Source: Candidatus Eiseniibacteriota bacterium
GTDB taxonomy: Bacteria; Eisenbacteria; RBG-16-71-46
DNA: 63,757 nucleotides
Direction of reading: 5' to 3'
Assembly: GCA_038231135.1 (NCBI GenBank)
Contig: JBBRLX010000027.1
Span: 1-63,757, forward strand
Of the stretch, positions 1 through 9,761 are shown piece by piece. The position numbers and the translations under genes were made by a program. How positions within the stretch are numbered: the stretch's first letter is position 1; every line of letters begins with the position of its first letter. Under the pieces are notes generated by a model, which was given only the letters and a program-made list of their open reading frames with translations, was not told the DNA's origin and made no database searches.

Positions 1-1444
1 CCGCATACGTGTGCGTGGCGGTCGCCGTCGGCGGATGCTTGATCACGGGCGGAGTGCCGTCGCCGAAGTCGAACGAATAGGTGGCGACGCCGGTGCCATC
101 GGTGTCGGTCGAGGTCGAGGCGTCGGCGGTGATCGTGCGCGGCGGCGACGCGGCGTTCGCGAGCGTCAGCCCCGGCACCGGCGGCAGATCGGGATTGACG
201 GTCACGTCGGCCGTCACGGCGGTGGACGGCTGCGCACCGGTGTCGGTGGCGATCAGCGTCACGGTATAGGTGCCGCCGGTGGCGTACGTGTGGTCTGCCG
301 TGGTGGCCGGAGCCGTGACGTTCACGGGCGGCGTGCCGTCGCCGAAATCGAACGAATAGGAGGCGATCGGCGTGAGGTCGGTGTCGGTCGACCCCGCTGC
401 GTCCGCGGTGACGTGCAGCGACGGGATCGGCGAATTCGTCACCGTCAGCTTCGCCACCGGCGCGAAATCGGGCGGCGGCAGGTTCACGGTTACGCTGGCC
501 GTCGCGGCGGCGGACGGCTGCCCGCCGGTGTCGGTCGCAATCAGCGACACGGTGTAGGTGCCACCCGTCGCATAGGTATGGGGCGTGCTCGCCGTGGGAG
601 ACGTGATCGTCACGGGCGGCGTGCCGTCGCCGAAATCGAACCGGTAGCTCCCGATCGGCGTGACGTCGGTGTCGGTCGACAGCGACCCGTCGGCCGTGAC
701 GGCCAGCGATCCCGCCGTGGAGGTGATCGACAGCCGCGCGACCGGCGCCAGGTCGAGGGGTGCGGACGGCGTGTACGTCACGACGCCTGCCATCCACGTG
801 CCGCTGATCGTGCCGGACGCCGCGAACGCCGCCGGCGCACCGGCGAGGCGCCACGCGGCGGTGAGCCGGTCGGTGCTGATCGACAGCGTCGGCAGCGCGG
901 TCCATCCCGAAGCCCAGACGGGTGCGTTGCCGGATTCGTTGCCGACCACGCCGAACACCAGCTCGTTCGACTGGGTGGTCGTTCCCGACGTCCCCGAATT
1001 GAAGCTCGTACCGGTGGCGAACGCCGATGCCGAGCGATCGGGAGCCAGCACTCCGGTGAACTCGTCGGCGCTCACGTGCCAGGCGGCGGACTTGGGGAAC
1101 GTCACGGTGAGCGTGGCACCGCTCGCCAGCGCCTTCACACTGCGCGACGAGAACATCAGCACGCGGTCGGCCGCACTGCCATCGTTCTGGTCGCGATCGA
1201 GCGAATACACGTTGCCCGCCGTGTCCGTGACCTTGGCGGTGGCCGTGGTCGTCGACGACAGCAGCACCGCGACGATCACCGCGTCGCCGGCGGGCACGGC
1301 GCGCGTCGTCTTCACCGCGGCCGAGGTGGCGGACACGGCGGATGTGGCGCTGGCGACGCGACCTACGTAAGTGATGGCTGCGGAAGCGGGGGCGGCGGAC
1401 CCCAGCGCGACGGCGAGCGCGAGGAGAGGGGCGGCGATCCTCAT
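1..1444 (-). CDS. Secreted PKD-repeat surface protein, N-terminal part (runs off left edge)
   Basis: Not in the ORF track; translated by hand from ATG 1444 (AGGAG upstream). Signal peptide MRIAAPLLALAVALGSAAPASA, a ~200-aa Ser/Thr/Ala-rich domain, then PKD units (SYRFDFGDGT...HTYATGGTYTVSLIATD), open to position 1. Confidence 0.85.
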   Translation of the reverse strand, partial: MRIAAPLLALAVALGSAAPASAAITYVGRVASATSAVSATSAAVKTTRAVPAGDAVIVAVLLSSTTTATAKVTDTAGNVYSLDRDQNDGSAADRVLMFSSRSVKALASGATLTVTFPKSAAWHVSADEFTGVLAPDRSASAFATGTSFNSGTSGTTTQSNELVFGVVGNESGNAPVWASGWTALPTLSISTDRLTAAWRLAGAPAAFAASGTISGTWMAGVVTYTPSAPLDLAPVARLSITSTAGSLAVTADGSLSTDTDVTPIGSYRFDFGDGTPPVTITSPTASTPHTYATGGTYTVSLIATDTGGQPSAAATASVTVNLPPPDFAPVAKLTVTNSPIPSLHVTADAAGSTDTDLTPIASYSFDFGDGTPPVNVTAPATTADHTYATGGTYTVTLIATDTGAQPSTAVTADVTVNPDLPPVPGLTLANAASPPRTITADASTSTDTDGTGVATYSFDFGDGTPPVIKHPPTATATHTYA

Positions 1445-1639
1445 CGTAAGGGTGCTCCTGGCAAGGTGCGGTTAAGGAATGGCGGAGATTCGGAATAGCC
1501 TGACAGAGGGGGAGGCAAAATCCAAGAGTCGATTGTTGCGATCGAACGATGAGTCGCGTGATTCGATATTGGGCGCCGCGAGTGTTCGGGGACGCCATTC
1601 CAAGTTCGCCGCCAGAAAACCGCTGTGTACCGTTTTGCC

Positions 1640-1670
1640 CCGTTTTCCCGGTGACTACCCGGGAAAACGG
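1640..1670. repeat. Perfect 12-bp inverted repeat CCGTTTTCCCGG-N7-CCGGGAAAACGG (terminator or regulatory hairpin)
   Basis: Read directly; lies between the DUF5916 gene stop and the PKD gene start. Confidence 0.6.
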
Positions 1671-1753
1671 AATCCAACGGGAGTTCGCCGGCCCGGTCGG
1701 TGCTGCCGAAGGGGTGCGGGTAGCGGCGAGGGTATGGAGGAAGGCGCGGTCTG

Positions 1754-4444
1754 CTAGAGGCCCACCCAGAACGTGACCTTGGCCGCGAACACGTTTTGGG
1801 GGGCGCGATCGACGAGCCCGCGATAGTCCCGTGAGAAATCGAAATCGCCAAATGGCTCGACATCGGTGCGGGTCTGCTGCCACACGATGAACAGCGTCGA
1901 CCCCGGGCGATATTCCCATCGCAGCACGGCGTTGCCAAGCAGCGAGCGGAAGTTGAAGTCAGGATTCGACAGCTCGAACGCCGGACCATTGCCGGGATCG
2001 ATGGTGTAGCCACCCGTCGCGGGGTTAGGCGTGATGGTGCCGCGCTGGCGTCCATAGACGTCGAACTGGAACGTGCGCGGCTCGCGATACTCCTTGAAAT
2101 GCGTGTAGGCGCCCGACACCACCAGCGGTTGCAGGTAGAGCTGGAAGCTCAGCCGAGGTGTCAGCGTCCAGTCGGCGCGGGTCACGAGCGACAGCGTCCG
2201 CTGCTCCAGGTTCGCGAATACGTAGCGCCGCCCATACGTTGCTGTTGCAAGGGGATCCGTTACCACGCTCACGTACTGGGCGAGGGCATGCGTGGCGGAA
2301 TACGCGGGCTCGAACCGGATGCGCAGCGTGGGCGACGGGCGAAACGATGCCGACACCGACGGGAAGTGCCCGGTGCCGCCGATCTCGTTCCAGGAATAGG
2401 TGTAGTCGGCGCTCACCGACCACGGCCGCCGCGAATCGGTGGTGAGGTCGCCGATCCAGGAGCCGCTCTCCGGCAGCCGGGCCTGCGGCCCGCCGCGCGT
2501 CAGGCGGTCGTCGAGCGTGCTGCGGTTCAGCGTTCCGCGGGCGTCGAACGACCAGAAGTTCGCGAGCGTCCCGTTCGCGTCGAGCGCCCAGGAATCGAAC
2601 ACCACGTCGCCGCCGAAGTTCCACATCCGGTTTTCGTACGGGAAGATCGCGTAGTTGCGGAACCAGCCGCCCGGCTTGTTCTGCTGGTAGAGCGCGATGC
2701 TCGAGAACGCCCGGTAGTCCGCCCGGGTCTGGAAGCCGAGATCGTTCGCCTCGTAACCCGGGCTGCGACTCACGTAGGCGAGCGAGCCGAGCCAGTGCTC
2801 GCCCGAGGTCTTCGAGATCGACCCGTCGACTCCGTAGCCCGACAACCGGGTGCGCGTCGGGTCGTAGCTGGCGTAGTCGCCATGATCCGGGCGTTGGAAG
2901 TAGCGCGAACTCGAGCGTTGGGCGCCCGCGATCGCGCTCGCGCTGCCCTCGGTGGTGGAGCCCGTCACCGCGGCATCGAGCGCCCAGCTGCGCTGCGCCC
3001 ACGCCTGCGCGAGATCGAGGCCGCCAATGTACGCATTCTTGCGCAGCAGGCCCGCCAGTGCGGGGTCGCCGAGCTGGCGGTTCACGCCGGTGAACAGCGC
3101 GCCCACGGAGGTGTCGCCGCCCCGCAGGTCGCGGCGCACGCGCCCCGCGAAGTATTGAGAGAGTGGCTCGACCGGGGTTTCCCGCCGGACGCCGAGCGTG
3201 TCCACGTAGTGCGCGTCCTCGCGCGTGGTGACGGCGTCGAGCATGCCCAGCGCCCAGCCGCCGCGGGTGCGGCCGGTGAGCTTCGCGGCGCCGGCGATCG
3301 TCGACTGCGAGGGCGCGTCGAGGAATCCGAACTCCGGTCCCCCGAGCTGGAGCTGCGGCGTGCGGCCGATGCGGCGCGAATTGAAGATCGTGGGCACGCT
3401 GAAATTGTTGAACGCGCGCGAACGGCCGAACGCGAACAGGTCCGCGCCCTCGACGAAGAACCCGCGGTGCTCGGGGAAGAACGTCTCGAACGCGGTGAGG
3501 TTCACCTCGGCCGGGTCCACCTCGACCTGGCCGAAGTCCGGGTTCACGGTGACGTCGAGCGACAGATCGCTCGTCACGCCGTATTTCGCGTCGACGCCCG
3601 CGTTGCGGAAGTAGTCGCTGCGGCTGCGGAACGGATTGCCGTTGGGGAAATCGAGGCGTTCGTTGCGCAGCACCGTGAATGGCAGCAGTTCCAGGTGGCG
3701 CGGCTCGGCGAGCTGCCCCAGGCCCGTCAGATGCCCGTAGCGGTTCACGCCGCCCTGGGCCTTCTTCGGCGTGAACGCGAAGTAATCGGTCTCGCCCTTG
3801 CGGAAGATCACGCGCGAGAACTGGATTCCCCACGTGGCGTCGGGCACGGAATGATAGCGGAGCTGCGACAGCGGAATGCGCAGCTCGCAGCTCCAGCCCA
3901 GCGAGTCGACGGTCGCCGCGGCCTCCCACACCGCGTCCCACGTGGCGTCCTCGCTGCCATCGGTGCCGATCGCGGCGTCGCGGATCGACCCCGACGGATT
4001 CACCCGGAACCGCCGGGCGGTCAGGTGATCGTGATAGGAGTCGATCGACACCTCGAACGCATCGCATGCGGTGGCATCGTCGCGGCGGGCGAGCTGCGCC
4101 TTGATGCGGCGGGCATCGCGATCGAACAGCCGGGCGCCGATCACGAGCGCGTTGTCGCCGATCAGCACGCGCACCTCGGTGCGCTCGGAGGCCGGCGCGC
4201 CTTCGTGAGGGTCGAGCTGGGTGAACGCCGTGGCGGGTTCGGCGGCGCTCCACGCGGCCTCGTCGAGCACGCCGTCGATGCGCACCGCACCCGTGAGCGC
4301 GGCGGCCCGGATGCGGGGTGCGTCCTCGTGGTGGTAGGCCGAGCTATCGGCGGGCGCTGGCGCGCCGTGCGCGAAGCTGGCGGCACAGGACAGCGCCGAG
4401 CATGTCATCACGACACGGACGAGTGCTCCCGGAGTCTCGCGCAT
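1754..4444 (-). CDS. CBM9-like / DUF5916 outer-membrane protein
   Basis: Signal peptide; IDGVLDEAAW, W..ELRIPLSQLRY, TVNPDFGQVEVDPAEVNL..FETFFPEHR.FF.EG and IFNSRRIG motifs; beta-barrel-like C-terminus. Confidence 0.85.
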   Translation of the reverse strand: MRETPGALVRVVMTCSALSCAASFAHGAPAPADSSAYHHEDAPRIRAAALTGAVRIDGVLDEAAWSAAEPATAFTQLDPHEGAPASERTEVRVLIGDNALVIGARLFDRDARRIKAQLARRDDATACDAFEVSIDSYHDHLTARRFRVNPSGSIRDAAIGTDGSEDATWDAVWEAAATVDSLGWSCELRIPLSQLRYHSVPDATWGIQFSRVIFRKGETDYFAFTPKKAQGGVNRYGHLTGLGQLAEPRHLELLPFTVLRNERLDFPNGNPFRSRSDYFRNAGVDAKYGVTSDLSLDVTVNPDFGQVEVDPAEVNLTAFETFFPEHRGFFVEGADLFAFGRSRAFNNFSVPTIFNSRRIGRTPQLQLGGPEFGFLDAPSQSTIAGAAKLTGRTRGGWALGMLDAVTTREDAHYVDTLGVRRETPVEPLSQYFAGRVRRDLRGGDTSVGALFTGVNRQLGDPALAGLLRKNAYIGGLDLAQAWAQRSWALDAAVTGSTTEGSASAIAGAQRSSSRYFQRPDHGDYASYDPTRTRLSGYGVDGSISKTSGEHWLGSLAYVSRSPGYEANDLGFQTRADYRAFSSIALYQQNKPGGWFRNYAIFPYENRMWNFGGDVVFDSWALDANGTLANFWSFDARGTLNRSTLDDRLTRGGPQARLPESGSWIGDLTTDSRRPWSVSADYTYSWNEIGGTGHFPSVSASFRPSPTLRIRFEPAYSATHALAQYVSVVTDPLATATYGRRYVFANLEQRTLSLVTRADWTLTPRLSFQLYLQPLVVSGAYTHFKEYREPRTFQFDVYGRQRGTITPNPATGGYTIDPGNGPAFELSNPDFNFRSLLGNAVLRWEYRPGSTLFIVWQQTRTDVEPFGDFDFSRDYRGLVDRAPQNVFAAKVTFWVGL

Positions 4445-4588
4445 GGCAGCACGCTAGGGTCGCGGCAGCCTCCGCGCGACTCCGATGACCCCGGCGCGTG
4501 GATTTCATGCACCAGCGCCGACGTTGCGGCGACGAAGGAAGCGCGGCATGCGTCGCGGTCACGCCCCGGCGCGGGCCACGCACACGGT

Positions 4589-6478
4589 TCAGCGCGCGGC
4601 GACGCGCAGCGCCTCGTCCAGATCGCGGTAATACGCCGCCGTTTCGAGCACGCTGCGGTCGGTGTCGAGCGGTAGCGGGCTGACCTGCTCGGGCCGGATG
4701 TGTGGATCGAACCCCGCCGCGGTCTCGAGCAGCGGGATCACGGCGCTCTTACGGCCATGTGCCAGCTCGTATTCGGCACGGTCGAGCCGCGAGGCGCCGT
4801 AGGCGCGGATGGCCAGCGCCGTCTCCTCGTCCAGCCGCCCGTGCCACGGCCGCCACGCGTAGGTCCACGGCGGTTCGGTGACATAGGAGCTGTCGGCGCG
4901 GAGCCACCAGGCCAGCCGGTATGGGACGCGGACCTCGCCGGTTCCGAGCTCGGGCAGGCCGGTGGTGCTGAACACGGCGCGGTTCGGGCGGGCGCCGGCG
5001 GCCAGCGCACTCAGGAACGCGCGGCGTGCGGTCTCCACCCCGGCGCCGCGGTAGGGCATGCCCCGCTCCACGTTCCGCAGCATGCCGCGGTACGCCTGGA
5101 ACGGGCCGGCAGCGCGGCTCACCAGCAACGGCTCCTGCCGCTCGAGGACGTCGAGATACCAGCTCACGCGCGTCAGTTCGAGGTTCACGACCGTCACGTC
5201 GCGACGAAACTGCTCGACGTTCTGGGCGTACGCGGCGGCCGAGGTGCCCGCTCCCCACACGTCGGTGAACAGCAGCGCGTGTGGCGGCAGCGGGCCGATG
5301 AGGTCGTGAATGAACGACTCGGCCAGCACATCGCCGCGCTCGTTGCAGTCGCTCGCGTGGAACCCGGCGTTCACCAGCACCAGCGCCACGCCACACACCG
5401 CGGCCGCGCGCGGGCCGAAGCTCTCGGACACCCGGAGCAGGCCGATCGTGAAGCAGATGCCGAGCCCGAACACCGCGGTGAGCAGGTAGGAGTCCAGGTC
5501 GGGGATCCGGTAGCCCGCAGCGAAGCCGAGGCCCGTGATCACGAGCGCCAGCGCCAGCACCGCGAGGCGCGGCGACCGCCGCGCCAGCGCGACGGCGCCG
5601 ACGCAGATCGGCACGAGCGAGATCCACGCGGCTTCGCCCGGGATCCGCCACGCGAGATACCGGGTCTGCTCGGCGAAGCTGTGCGGGTCCCCGAACATCC
5701 ACGAATGGTAGTCGGCGCCCGTCACGTGGTGCAGGAATGCGCGCCACGTGCGGGGCGCGCCCCAGTCGAACAGCGGATGCATCGACGAGCGGATCGGCAG
5801 CCAGACGTAGGGGACGAGTCCGAGCGCGAACGGCGGGATCAGCCGCGGCAGCGCGGAACCGAGGCGGCGCGGGCCCAGCGCCATCAGCGCGTAAAGGATC
5901 AGCGCGGGCGCCAGCAGCACGGTCGTGAGGTGATTCGTGAACGACAGCCCGGTCACAAGCGCGAACGCGAATCCCGCCTGGTGTGCCCCTGGTTCGCCGG
6001 CGGCGGCGGCGTTCGCCCAGCGAATTCCCAGCATCACCACGAGCGGCATCATCAGGCAGTGGAGCGGATACACCTCGAAGCCGTTCGCCTGCTGCCACCA
6101 CGTCAGCGTGAAGCCGGTGAACAGCGCCCCCAGCAGCGCGAGCCCTGCGCGGCGGCCGGGTTCCAGCGCCGGCGCGACCTGCGCCAGCACGTCGTCGAAC
6201 ACCAGCGTCAGCGCCGCGGCGCCACAGGCGACGAGCAGCGCGGCGAACGTGTTCAGCACCAGCACGGGAGGCAGCGGCACGAGGTGGACGAGCGCGCCGG
6301 CGAGCAGCATCAGCGTGGGATAGCCCGTGGCATGCGGGATGCCCCAGGTCGCAGCCACCGCGGCCAGCTCGCCACGATCCATGAATCCGATCGTGAGATT
6401 CATGGTCGCGAGATAAACCGGCAGCGTGACCGCGAGCGCGATGCCCGCGGCGCGCCAGCGCCAGCTGTGGAATGACAT
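4589..6478 (-). CDS. DUF2723 (TMEM260-like) GT-C membrane glycosyltransferase
   Basis: D.GEL.......GIPHATGYP N-terminal motif, EVYPLH, GLSFTNHLT, YVWLPIRS...P.FDWG; many hydrophobic segments. Confidence 0.85.
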   Translation of the reverse strand: MSFHSWRWRAAGIALAVTLPVYLATMNLTIGFMDRGELAAVAATWGIPHATGYPTLMLLAGALVHLVPLPPVLVLNTFAALLVACGAAALTLVFDDVLAQVAPALEPGRRAGLALLGALFTGFTLTWWQQANGFEVYPLHCLMMPLVVMLGIRWANAAAAGEPGAHQAGFAFALVTGLSFTNHLTTVLLAPALILYALMALGPRRLGSALPRLIPPFALGLVPYVWLPIRSSMHPLFDWGAPRTWRAFLHHVTGADYHSWMFGDPHSFAEQTRYLAWRIPGEAAWISLVPICVGAVALARRSPRLAVLALALVITGLGFAAGYRIPDLDSYLLTAVFGLGICFTIGLLRVSESFGPRAAAVCGVALVLVNAGFHASDCNERGDVLAESFIHDLIGPLPPHALLFTDVWGAGTSAAAYAQNVEQFRRDVTVVNLELTRVSWYLDVLERQEPLLVSRAAGPFQAYRGMLRNVERGMPYRGAGVETARRAFLSALAAGARPNRAVFSTTGLPELGTGEVRVPYRLAWWLRADSSYVTEPPWTYAWRPWHGRLDEETALAIRAYGASRLDRAEYELAHGRKSAVIPLLETAAGFDPHIRPEQVSPLPLDTDRSVLETAAYYRDLDEALRVAAR

Positions 6479-6642
6479 GCCGCAAGACCCTCCGGGAGGT
6501 CCCCCGCCGGAAGCAGGCAGGGGAGTTTGCCGTGGTTATCGGTCGGCGGGGCCCGTCGCGTGAGGGGGCGGTTTGGCTCGGAACCACGGGCCGCGACCGC
6601 CGCCTCGAGAGCTAAGGAGCGGATCGGCGGGGCCGGGCGGCC

Positions 6643-7115
6643 CTACTGGATGACGCACACCTTGGCGCGGGCGCTGTGCGAGCCCTGGGTGAGCTGGATC
6701 ACGTAGATCCCCGGGGCGGGAGCGTCGCGCAGCGTCACCGAGTGGGAACCAGCGGCGGCGCCCATAGGGAGCGCGCCGCCGCCCGCCGCCCGGTGACGTC
6801 GAACGCATCGACCCGGGCATCGCCCGCGACCGGCAACGTGAACGACAGGCCGAGCGGACCGTTCGTGGGATTGGGGCTCGGGCGCAGCAGCGCAAGCGTC
6901 AGGGTTGCGGGAATGTCGATCACGGTTTCGTCGGAGACGACATCGATGCGGGGCCGCGGGCGCGTTCCACCTGCGCCCGGTCGGACTGCACGGCCAGCCA
7001 GTGCACCCGAACGACTCCGTGGTCGAGTTCCGCCGCGCCGCCAGAAACCAGCGTCGGCGTCGAATGGTCGCCGCGGTTGGGCTGCACGACGAGCGCGCGG
7101 TAAGTGGATCCCTGC
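6643..7115 (-). pseudogene. Remnant 3' end of a secreted protein (Ig-like linker plus C-terminal sorting domain), two frameshifts
   Basis: Three frames give DHSTPTLVSGGAAELDHGVVRVHW...VER, then VSDETVIDIPATLTLALLRPSPNPTNGPLGLSFTLP...FDVTGR, then GSHSVTLRDAPAPGIYVIQLTQGSHSARAKVCVIQ*; no start codon or signal peptide. Confidence 0.75.
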
Positions 7116-7121
7116 CACGTC

Positions 7122-8147
7122 TCACCGCACCAGCGTGAACGCCCTCCGTTTCGACGCCTGGGGCGTCCACAACGTGCAGTAGTAGACGCCGGCCGGTACT
7201 CCAGTGAGGGTCAGGGTTTGGGTGTGCTCGCCCGATTCGAGCACGTCCTCGATCAGCGTGCGCACCAGCCGACCCTGCACGTCGTGCACGCGGAGCCGCA
7301 CGAGGCCGCGCGATTCGGTCCGGAACCGGATCGCCAGCGGGCCGCGGGTGGGGCTCGGCGAGGGTGGTTCCAGGGTCGGCTCCCGCGCGTCGAGGGTTGC
7401 TGCGGCGGCCGGCACGCCCGCGGTCGCCAGCGTGGCGGCGTCGAAGACTTGCTGCCACAGTTCGGACTCGTCGTTGCGGACGCCGTTATAGGGACACCCG
7501 GCGGCGTCGACGCCATGCGTGTTGAGGATCTGGCCCTCGTCGTAGTAGCTCGTGGCGACGTTGTTCATGACGATTCGAACGACGGGAACGTCACGCGACT
7601 GGCGCGTGGCGCAGTCCCCGGGATCGCAGGTGTAGCAGCCCGCCGGGTTGCTGTCGGAACCGTCGAAATTCTGCGCCGCGGTCTGGGTGAGGATCAGGGT
7701 CTGATGAGGCGCGATCGTCGAGGGATCCCACAGTTCGTAGAATCGAAATCCGATCTGGACCGTCACGCTGACGTTGAACAACGTATCCGCGGTGAGATTG
7801 TCGAACCGAAGCGCGCTCGTGTCCCAGCCGACGCCGGCGCTGTCGGCGACTCCGACGAACTGCACGTTGGGGGAGTCCTGCCAGGGATCGGGTTTGGGCC
7901 GCTCCCCATTGGAGTGATGGGTGTCGTAGTAGCCGGCATACACGGCAAGGTTTCGCCGCGTCCCGCCGGAGTCCGCCTCCGCCGCACGACGAATACCGTG
8001 GTGCAGGCCTGAGCCCCACGCGTGGGCAATCGAAGCATCCGTGAGGGTCGCCGACGCGAGGATCAGCGTCGTGAGCCAGGCGGCCCACGTGTGACGCGAG
8101 CCGTCCCGGTAGTGCATCTCCTGCAATTCCTGCGCGCGCAGCGTCAC
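7122..8147 (-). CDS. Secreted protein with uncharacterised GYYDTHH/Cys-rich domain and C-terminal sorting domain
   Basis: GTG start with GGAGG RBS; signal peptide; domain closely similar to one in 61018-63757; C-terminus PSPSP..GPL.IRF...HDVQGRLVR...PAGVYYCTL. Confidence 0.8.
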   Translation of the reverse strand: MTLRAQELQEMHYRDGSRHTWAAWLTTLILASATLTDASIAHAWGSGLHHGIRRAAEADSGGTRRNLAVYAGYYDTHHSNGERPKPDPWQDSPNVQFVGVADSAGVGWDTSALRFDNLTADTLFNVSVTVQIGFRFYELWDPSTIAPHQTLILTQTAAQNFDGSDSNPAGCYTCDPGDCATRQSRDVPVVRIVMNNVATSYYDEGQILNTHGVDAAGCPYNGVRNDESELWQQVFDAATLATAGVPAAAATLDAREPTLEPPSPSPTRGPLAIRFRTESRGLVRLRVHDVQGRLVRTLIEDVLESGEHTQTLTLTGVPAGVYYCTLWTPQASKRRAFTLVR

Positions 8148-8339
8148 AACGAACCCTCCATGCTTCGCCGCAGGACGTGGTCCCGCAACCGGATGTTGGC
8201 GACCGTATCGGCGTCACCGACGGCCGATCTCCTTGCGGCCACGCCGCTCCAGTGTCTGCGGCGTGGCTCGTCGTGATGCGCGAGACCTGAAGGATGGAGC
8301 CGCGCATGCTCGTTCGAGCGCGCCGTCGGCGAGTGCCCC

Positions 8340-8355
8340 CGCAAGATAGCGGCCA
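8340..8355 (-). promoter_or_regulatory. Candidate sigma54 -24/-12 promoter (TGGCCGCTATCTTGCG)
   Basis: GG-N10-GC spacing with TGGC and TTGC, about 190 bp upstream of the 8147 start. Confidence 0.35.
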
Positions 8356-8452
8356 GTCACGGGCCTGTGAATCCGGGTTCGTGCTAACGTGACCGCGCGC
8401 CGTCCCTTGGGTGGCGAGAGCATTTCGAACGTCGACCGAACGAGGTCCCGTC

Positions 8453-9538
8453 ATGGCGGATGGCTCCGCTCCCGGGGTGCCGTACCAGCGGACCCCGACG
8501 CACAATGTCAATGTCGAGAGTTTTCAATCGCTGATCACGCCGCGACGGCTCAAGGACGATCTGCCGTTGGGCGACGCTTCGCGCGCCACCGTCATCGACG
8601 GGCGCGCGGCTGTGACCGCGATCCTCGAGGGCCGCGACGATCGGTTCCTGGCGCTGGTGGGGCCGTGCTCGATTCACGATGTCGGGGCGGCCGAGGATTA
8701 CGCGCGGCGGCTGGCGCGCGTCCGGCACGACGTCGGCGACCGGATCCTGGTGGTGATGCGCGCGTACTTCGAGAAGCCGCGCACCACGGTCGGATGGAAG
8801 GGCCTGATCAACGATCCGCGTCTCGATGGCAGCTTCGACATGGAGCGCGGGCTGCGCCTGGCGCGGCAACTGCTGCTTGACATCACGGCGCTCGGAGTGC
8901 CGACCGGCACCGAGATGGTGGATCCGATCACGCCGCAGTACATCGACGATCTCGTGGTATGGGCGGCGATCGGCGCGCGGACGATCGAATCGCAGACGCA
9001 TCGGCAGATGGCGAGCGGCTTGAGCATGCCGGTGGGCTACAAGAACAGCACCGAAGGCAACCTGCGCCCGGCGCTCGACGCGCTCCAGTCGGCGCACGAG
9101 CCGCACCGATTCCTCGGCATCGACGACGATGGGCGCACGTGCATCGTGGTGACGCGCGGCAATCCCGCGGGCCACATCATTCTGCGCGGCGGTCGCGAGG
9201 CGCCCAACTACGATCCGCCGCACGTCGCCGATGCCGCCCGGCGGCTGGCGACCGCGGGCCTTCCCGAGCGACTGATGGTCGATTGCAGCCACGCGAATTC
9301 AGAGAAGCACCACGAGCGCCAGCACATCGTGTGGAAGAACGTGATCGAGCAGCGGGCGCGCGGAAACCGCTCGCTGATCGGGGCGATGCTCGAGAGCAAT
9401 CTCGAAGCGGGGCGCCAGGACGTGGGAGACGACGCGGGAGCGCTGCGCTATGGCGTGTCGATCACCGACGCCTGCATCGGCTGGGAAGAGACCGAGGAAC
9501 TGATGCGCTGGGCCCACGGGCAGCTGAACAGAAGCTGA
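8453..9538 (+). CDS. 3-deoxy-7-phosphoheptulonate (DAHP) synthase, class I-alpha (AroF/G/H family)
   Basis: VGPCSIHD, MRAYFEKPRTTVGWKGLINDP, AIGART.ESQTHR.MASGLS, MVDCSHANS, YGVSITDACIGW; ATG 8453 with GAGG RBS. Confidence 0.95.
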   Translation: MADGSAPGVPYQRTPTHNVNVESFQSLITPRRLKDDLPLGDASRATVIDGRAAVTAILEGRDDRFLALVGPCSIHDVGAAEDYARRLARVRHDVGDRILVVMRAYFEKPRTTVGWKGLINDPRLDGSFDMERGLRLARQLLLDITALGVPTGTEMVDPITPQYIDDLVVWAAIGARTIESQTHRQMASGLSMPVGYKNSTEGNLRPALDALQSAHEPHRFLGIDDDGRTCIVVTRGNPAGHIILRGGREAPNYDPPHVADAARRLATAGLPERLMVDCSHANSEKHHERQHIVWKNVIEQRARGNRSLIGAMLESNLEAGRQDVGDDAGALRYGVSITDACIGWEETEELMRWAHGQLNRS

Positions 9539-9761
9539 ACTGCGCCTTCAGGTCGATGTTGTTGTCACGCAAAGAATTGGCGGGCTGGCGCCGGCTGATT
9601 GCCCCGGTGAAAATTCCAGCACCAGCACAAATCCTTCGCATGAATCATCGGAACCCCCTACCCTCCTATATATGTGAAAGCCACGTAACGCACGATTTCG
9701 CTGGCTGCGCCGTCCGCCAACGGTCGGCCCCTCATCGCAACGACGACCCCTCGGAGGGGAC

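Noticed and set aside
11..1498. 495-aa plus-strand ORF and the many other long Arg/Gly/Pro-rich ORFs (e.g. 2099-4675, 42872-44851, 44878-47880)
   Set aside because: Antisense or off-frame shadows of real genes, expected at this GC content; no motifs
8453..9538. DAHP synthase as marker of a secondary-metabolite cluster
   Set aside because: Class I-alpha enzyme with no neighbouring biosynthetic genes
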